Assembly (NCBI GenBank): GCA_044892525.1 | Contig: CM097885.1 | Location: 24,678,001-24,742,000, forward strand | DNA length: 64,000 bases | From: Schmidtea polychroa | Taxonomy: Eukaryota | Reading direction: 5' to 3' | Shown: piece by piece, positions 56,871 through 64,000 of the stretch | Layout: each line of letters opens with the position of its first letter | How positions within the stretch are numbered: position 1 is the stretch's first letter | The notes under the pieces: model-generated | The model's database searches: none | The model's input: the letters and a program-made list of their open reading frames with translations, nothing else | Told to the model about the DNA's origin: nothing | Program-made: the position numbers and the translations under genes

Positions 56871-59024
56871 AACTCTATAAATTAAATTATTTTGCTGAAC
56901 AGAAGATTTATTTCATCAATTCTACAGATCAAGATAGACAGCTATTCAATACAAAATTCTTTAATAATATCAATGCCAAACTGATCAGAGGAGGAATGAC
57001 CATCATTATACTCGATGAAAACGAAAATTGTTATTATGAAAACAAAGTTTTGAATTTATGATTTATTTGAAACCTCACAAAGATCTTATTCAGCTCTCTT
57101 TGACAGATAAAAAAACTGAATTTTAGCAATAGAAAACAATATTTTAGAAAATATATCATATGAAGAAATATTCGAAGAGTTTACGAAAGTAAAATTAAGA
57201 AGAAATTTTTATTAAATGTAAAAGAAGGGTTTTATAAATATATATATTTTTCATAATTTCTGCTGTAGGAACATAGAACTAATTTGAATAAAGATTTTAT
57301 TGTAAAGGACATTGAAAGAGATCATGGAAATATTTGCTCCAGCAGTCAATATTCAAACGAAAGCACGGACACTTGATCTGGCGATTGTACTGAGATTGTT
57401 GATGATTTTGCATTTAGACATGTAGCTTCCTGTATCGTACGATGTGAAAGTATTTGAACCTTTATCTGGAATAACTTTGTTAATTATCTCCTTTTGACTG
57501 AAAACGGATGGGTCAGTCAGGTTCTCGTAACATACTTTATCAGGAGAATCGCTAGAATTAAGAATTAGTATTCTAAGGTAAATTTCTTGGGTTGAATAGG
57601 TGTTGATGGTCAAACTCATCAACAGAGAGATCATCGCTAAGAAAACAATGGCTTCAGCTTCTTGAATGTTTGGCATATTTTCTTTATTGGTACTAATGAG
57701 AGTTAACGCTTGAAATGTCGAATGATTCATGAATTGTTTTATATCTTTTGCTTTTTTTTGAAAAGAAAAGATTATTTAAACAATGATTTTAATTTGATTT
57801 AGTTACAATTAATTTAATTATAATTATTAAATTGATATTTTTATTAATTTGGAAGTCAGAAGCACTACATCTGCTGTTTTGTCTTAATATTCTAAAACAC
57901 AATTTACCAAAATTGCCTAAATTGCACAATAATTCAAATCCAGTCTTTGAAGTAAATAAATAAACTATAAATAAACTATAAATCCATGTTGAATAAACAA
58001 AATATTGGCTTATGGTAGGTTGACTATTTTCATAATAAGGCAAGATAAGGCTCAATTTGGATGCTTAGGTAGGATGTGCAGAAAACAATAATATTATAGT
58101 TGCAATGACACTGTAATTATTAATTTCGGAATTCATGACAATTTATTGCAAATCGAGATTTATTTCAAAGCATAAATTTATACAATCATCCCTTTTCAGT
58201 ATTCAAACAAATATATGAAACTATAAATTCAATATTATACAATATAACTCTGATTAAAATTTCATACTTTAATATTTAGTCAAATATTAGTAAAATTAAC
58301 TTTTTGATTTTTTTCTAAATTATTATTTTATTCTTTAATTTGTTTATTTCTAAACTCAAATATTTTTCTATCATAACTTATTAAAATTTCACAATGTATT
58401 TTTAATTTTTTGAATATTTTTGAAATTTTGATCATTTTAATTTCTCATATTATATACATAATCTATGTAATATATAGCTGACACTTATCGGACGCTATTT
58501 TTGTATACATATATACTGTTGTCACGTCGGAGGTGACTTACAACTGTTAAGGGTTGAACTATGCAAATTAAAAATCAATTGAATCATTTTCATTTCCAAT
58601 TTCAACACCGGAGAAGAAATATTATAACAATTTTACTATAATTAGAGAGTTTCACTTCACTTTTGATTTGTTTTCATTTACAATTTCGTTTATCTTTACT
58701 TCCGTGGATTAATGTTAGATGATCATGAATTTCAGTAAAATAATACTCAATTGAAATTTTCGGTTATTCACTATAATGAAGTTATTTGTTATAATGAAGA
58801 TGGGTTCCCAAGTGGGATTTTTATCTGGTAAACACAGACACAATGCAACAAGTTTTAAAAAACTGAAAGGGAAAGTATTTTTTTAATGCTTTAAAATCTC
58901 CACTATTCTCTTTTGATATGGACCTTAACACACTCAGTGCATTGTAAATGCTTCCGTTTTTCATACAAATATTAGAATATTACTCTATTACACTTTAATT
59001 TTTCATATTTTTGAATAGCTTTAA

Positions 59025-59249
59025 CCACTTGCCGGGCGCGCGCTAAAATATGAGTGGAAAAAATGTGTACCATTTCGGGCGAGCGCTGACATGTGAGCGC
59101 AAACTCATATAGAAAAAATTAGTATACAAAACTCGGAAAATTAAAAAAAATATTTACGTTATATTTTGATTATATACTATTAATTAATGATTTAAAAAAA
59201 TAGTTTTTTTTTGACCGAAAACATGAAAAAAAAATCGCCCGGCAAGTGG
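59025..59249. mobile_element. piggyBac-type MITE
   Basis: perfect 14-bp TIR ccacttgccgggcg and TTAA on both sides. Confidence 0.88.
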
Positions 59250-59869
59250 TTAATCCTTTTATAATTCATATTCATAATGTAACCCAAAAATGTTATTTCT
59301 TTGTTGTTAAAATGACATTTTTCTATATTTATTTTTAAACCAGCATCGTAAGGTTTTCGAAAAACCATTTCTAGTCTTTTTCTATGGCCGATTTTATTAT
59401 CACCAGCAAAGATTATTATTATTTTATTGTCGTTATTTTTGTTATTGTTATCATTATTAATAATTTTGGCTAAACAAAATCAATTCTCTATAGTATAGAA
59501 AATATTATAAAAAATTGCCAAGAGAATTGTAAAGGAAAATTTGAAAAAAAGTCAATCATTAGAAAGTATTAAATAAAATTGGAATATTAAATTATTATGT
59601 ATAAAGTTTCATATTAATCAATGAAGATAAAATTTGTTAGTTCAAGATTTAATTTTGGTTTTCAAGTTATATTATTATTGTACGCAATAAATTATTCTTA
59701 CAAAAACACACACACACACACTCATACATCTAATACACATTCACCTCAGCTGTCCTGCTACAGTTTTTAAAGAAGACTCTGCTGGGTTCAACAGATTTTT
59801 TAAACATTGCAATATTTCATAAATACTACATAAATATTGCATAATATAACTAACGATAACACACACACA

Positions 59870-60410
59870 CAAACCGAAACCGCGCACTGTGAACCCGATT
59901 TTATATGTAATTATGGGGTTAGGTTCCAGATATTACAAAAATATTAAAAAATATAATAAAAAGTCTTTATTCAACGACTAATATACATATTTACATTTAT
60001 ATAAACATAAAAACTAATAAAAACAGTCTCAATTCATTGCTTTTACATAATTAATATTACTATTATAAAAATTATTAAAAATTTAACATAAATAAAAATT
60101 ATAAAAAACAATACAAGAACTAAAAAACAGTCTCAATTCAACGACTAAACATAAATAAAAATTAACATAAGTAACGTTATATTAATCACTGCTACATGCT
60201 GATGAGCTTGATTCTATTGGCTGTGATTGCATAATTTTTTGAAAAAAGCTTGTTAACACTGATTGCTTACCAGCTTTTTGTTTTTCTTTATAAATTTCAG
60301 CATATGGTGCTAAAGCTGCTGTCAGATTTCTCCGAAATTTTATTACGGTTATATCTAATGCACACGAATAAGATTTTTTTGAATTTAATACTAATATATT
60401 TTTAATTAAA
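59870..60410 (-). mobile_element. pogo/Tigger transposase C-terminal remnant
   Basis: IKFRRNLTAALAPYAEIYKEKQKAGKQSVLTSFFQK. Confidence 0.6.
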
Positions 60411-62255
60411 TAAACACTTGTATAAATATCTATTAATTAAAACTATGTAATTTTACATCCTAATCCTAACCACATCACTAGAAAAATGAAACTGCCTTTA
60501 TTATTTTTATATAAAAAATACAGTGCATCGAAATACGATGAATCACTATTTTCACTACCATATGTATTCGTAGTTTTACGGGATTCACCATAAAAAATTA
60601 AATTGACATGATTTTTCTTGTTAAAATAGACAAAAACAAAAAAAAACCGCGCAGCTACGAAATTTTTAGCGCGCAGATCGAAATTTTGGTATTAAAGGTT
60701 TGTATATAAACTGTTTTTTATCTCTGTAGTTATTTTTTCTATCGGCATATATGTCTGTTTTAATTTAGTTTCTCTGATGCCCCAATATTGTTATTGAAAT
60801 AGGACATTGAATACATTGTACATCTGGACATTCGTTTGACTGTTACATTATCCCGGTTAACTGTTTAATTGATTTTATCCAAACCTATCTGACACTAATT
60901 TGACTAATTTTCTACTGTCTGACGACTTTACTCCTAAGTATTTTATATTTTATCCAAGAAAAACTATTAAGTCTCTTCAATTTTAATTAAGATATTAAGT
61001 AAACTAGTAACATTATGTAATTTAAAATTTAAAATATATCATTAAAATTGCTGTCATCCATGTTAAATGACTAAAAAATAAACATTTGTTGTATTATTCA
61101 AAATTTTCCCCACTTTTATTCATAGATGTATAACAGGAGAACAAAATTGCAGCCCAAATTTGTTTATAATAAATGAGAATATTTTATTTAACACGAATAT
61201 TCGATACAGTCATTTTCAACTTGGAATATACGAACAAAAATCGTATTAAAAAAATATATTGATTTATTGTTTTCTCATAAATTGAAACTGAAAATCGATA
61301 AATAGTGAAAACGATAAAAGAGTTTTCTAATATTTAAGTAAAGCTTCCTAAATTTAACTAAATTAACTTTTAACTAAATATTTATTTCACCTTGAAAATG
61401 CTCGACTTAATCAAAAAAAACTTACGATGAACTTTTTGAGGAGAATTAATCAATAATTATTTTCATAGAAGCGCGAAATGGATTTCATCTAAAAAAGTTG
61501 AATCGATTTAAACAAAACGGCAGTAAATATCCAATTAAATAGATTTTTACGCAATAAAAATCGATACTAAATTTTTTTTATATATTCTTTTTTAAATGAT
61601 TTTAATTTTTTTACTATTTAATAATTAATATGGCTTTTTGCGCAAATTCCTGAAAATTAAATTTCCTAAAAGGAATTAACAAAGATTTTTGTATCATGTA
61701 ATTGATTAAATTTGTCATTTGAGTTGACATGAAATTTTTGCAATTAATTTTTCATCAAAAATGTTTTTAATTTCAATTGAAATGTATAAATTTCAATTGT
61801 AAAATCAAATCCAAAACCTTCCGAATACAAAATGTACTAAATTTTGCAATTATCCTATATGGGGATGAAGTTCCCTCCACGGTCTCGCTTTATCTAAAAA
61901 AGTCCTCCCTAAAGATGCTCTTGATAGATACTAGAATTCATTTATGTGTCTTACTGACTGTATAATATTATCGTCTCAGATATATTCTTTAAGGATTCAA
62001 GAATATATTATAAAACACGGGGAACCAAACACAGATTAAAGAATACGGATTAAGGAAACAAAAGTTGATAAACCAAAAAAACGAATCAATCTATGACAAT
62101 AATATTTTGATATTTATTTTACATGATAAAAAATCGGATAAATTAAAAGTGCAAAAAGACTTCGTTACACTGTAACAACTAGACTCGGAATGACATCTAA
62201 AATCGACCCAAACATTCTAGAAACGTCGGCCCTTTACTTCTCACAAAGCATTATA

Positions 62256-62256
62256 T

Positions 62257-62351
<95 letters not shown>
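62256..62351. repeat. (CA)n(TA)n microsatellite
   Basis: direct reading. Confidence 0.95.
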
Positions 62352-62352
<1 letters not shown>

Positions 62353-62710
62353 CCTCTATAACTGATTCCTCGTTTCCCAATAAATTTTATAATATCTATT
62401 ATTCTCTTCAAAATTTCTCTTCCTTTCGTATTTGCGCTCGATGTAATGTACGCTTGATTGTAAAGTAGTAAATTATCATGATTTGCATTGCTGATTTCAT
62501 TGAATTTTGGTGCGCTGGATGCACAAAGCTGCATGTTAGGATACATTTTATGTGAAAATGCAAAATTTTAACTTAAAAAATATTCTTGTGTTTGTGTTTA
62601 TAATATAGGAAATATTTTTGTATCTTTGAACTCAGTAAACTATTCTCTAGCACTTTAATAATTCCAAATATCTTACCCAGTCCTTCTGTAACCCACATGA
62701 GTATATAGGA
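62352..62710 (-). mobile_element. hAT (ZMYM1/DUF4371-type) transposase fragment
   Basis: REILKRIIDIIKFIGKRGISYRG. Confidence 0.7.
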
Positions 62711-63025
62711 ACAGTACATCCTCCTAGCCAAAATAAATATTAGTTCTAGGAAAATAAAAATTATATCTTTGGAATTAGAAGACTATCCTAAGCTCTTTTT
62801 GTCATAATAACAATTTTGAAAAAAACAAATATTGTCAACCAATTCAAATTTAAAATTTAGAATATTTGCGTTTTTGACATTTTTTAAAATAGTCTTGTAG
62901 CCTTTTACTCGAGAAATTATTCTCTGCATCAATTTATTATTAAAATGTGTGCATTTTTTATTCTAAATTTTTGGGAACCATGACAAACACACTTATTATT
63001 GGTTAGTCTTATTTATATTCTAAAT

Positions 63026-63480
63026 CAGTGTTATCCAAAATTTTTTGAGCCACGGCACACTTGGCTGATTTAAAAGTTTTCGCGGCACACCTAAATTTTT
63101 TTTTTGCTTTATCTGCAATTTTTTATTGCACTTTTAGTAATCTTTTAGTAAGAAATGAAAAACTTATTTACTTGAAATAAATTTAATGTAAAAAATTTTA
63201 AATTTAGAAAGATTAGTGAATGAAAAATTCATAAAACATAGTTGATGAGATTTATGTGCTTCATGTATTTTAGATAGTCAATATTTCTAGTAAGAAATAT
63301 AAATATATAAAGATTGTAAACAAATAAATTTCGCACTTAATTGACTGGTTAACATTTAAATTTGAAATAACTGTTAAAATATCCACAATCATATTGCCTT
63401 TTATTAAGTTGTTTGGAAAAACAGGGTTTTTTCGACTTTTTTTTAAAAATATTTCACGGCACACAGTTTGGACAACACTG
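63026..63480. mobile_element. hAT MITE
   Basis: TIR cagtgtt(a/g)tccaaa, exact 8-bp TSD ttctaaat, internal cggcacac repeats. Confidence 0.9.
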
Positions 63481-64000
63481 TTCTAAATGCTCTAATTTTT
63501 TATAATTAAAGCTCTTATTAATTGGGCTAGTGTATAGGCAGATAAAAACATTAATTAGTGGAGATATACACAACTACACGCAAGCATAGTCTAGCAAGCA
63601 TTATTAATCAGCAGATTTGTTACAATTTTATTTTTAAATAAATTCATTGAATTTATATTGAAATTACAATAAATAAGTTTTTTTAATAATAAGAAATTCT
63701 AGACAATCAAATTTTAATAAGTTGTTACAGTTTTATTTAACTTTATTTTTAAAAATGCAAATTGAAGGTTATTACAACACATGTTTTACAAAATTTGTAT
63801 TATGGTGAGTTACAAATAATAAAACTATACCCCTCAGTGCTGTTTCCAGCATAACCCACAATACAAGGTTGCTTTCCACCCGATACCCGCTTAGTAATCA
63901 ACGTTGGAACTGTATCGATCGACTGAATACTCACGAAAAGTGAGCATACCTTTGTATAATATAATCTACAAACATTCTAGCCGGTTTGTGGACTACCATT

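Larger units (their letters stand above)
55000..57215 (+). mobile_element. hAT transposase C-terminal remnant interrupted by nested insertions
   Basis: YENYLEDYFIDEHIHF...TMYPKFEI, resuming as KIYLTT after the MITE and ending LAIENNILENISYEEIFEEFTKVKLRR at ~57120-57215. Confidence 0.65.

Noticed and set aside
55870..57061. Three identical 'MFKKSKTDV' ORFs as a gene cluster
   Set aside because: By-product of the 425-bp triplication; TTG starts and no splice structure

Overview
This is very AT-rich eukaryotic genomic DNA, not prokaryotic. It has short GT-AG introns (42-53 nt), long (AAT/ATT)n and (TA)n microsatellites and dense transposon debris. That composition suggests a planarian flatworm such as Schmidtea/Dugesia, which is an inference only. 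Host genes I could reconstruct by hand: (1) the last nine coding exons of an abLIM/UNC-115-like actin-binding gene ending in a villin headpiece (+, 1381-18683, 5' part upstream of the window); (2) a complete two-exon DM9-repeat (DUF3421) gene (-, 39091-39588); (3) the first coding exon of an ELKS/ERC/CAST (Bruchpilot-type) active-zone scaffold gene (+, 49135-50091, continuing beyond the window). There is also an intronless, disabled FKBP6/Shutdown-like TPR pseudogene (-, ~42900-43450). The rest is Penelope-like, Ty3/gypsy, hAT, piggyBac, pogo/Tigger, Helitron and MULE remnants plus many MITEs, several with clear TIRs and TSDs. The most unusual signals are three minimal type-I hammerhead-ribozyme motifs, a near-perfect 181-bp inverted local duplication inside a gypsy pol, an exact 3x425-bp tandem triplication in a nested hAT/MITE/LINE cluster, and a DM9 intron whose retention would give a clean single-repeat isoform. 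I found no convincing wholly new multi-gene system. All family assignments come from manual translation and motif recognition, not database searches.
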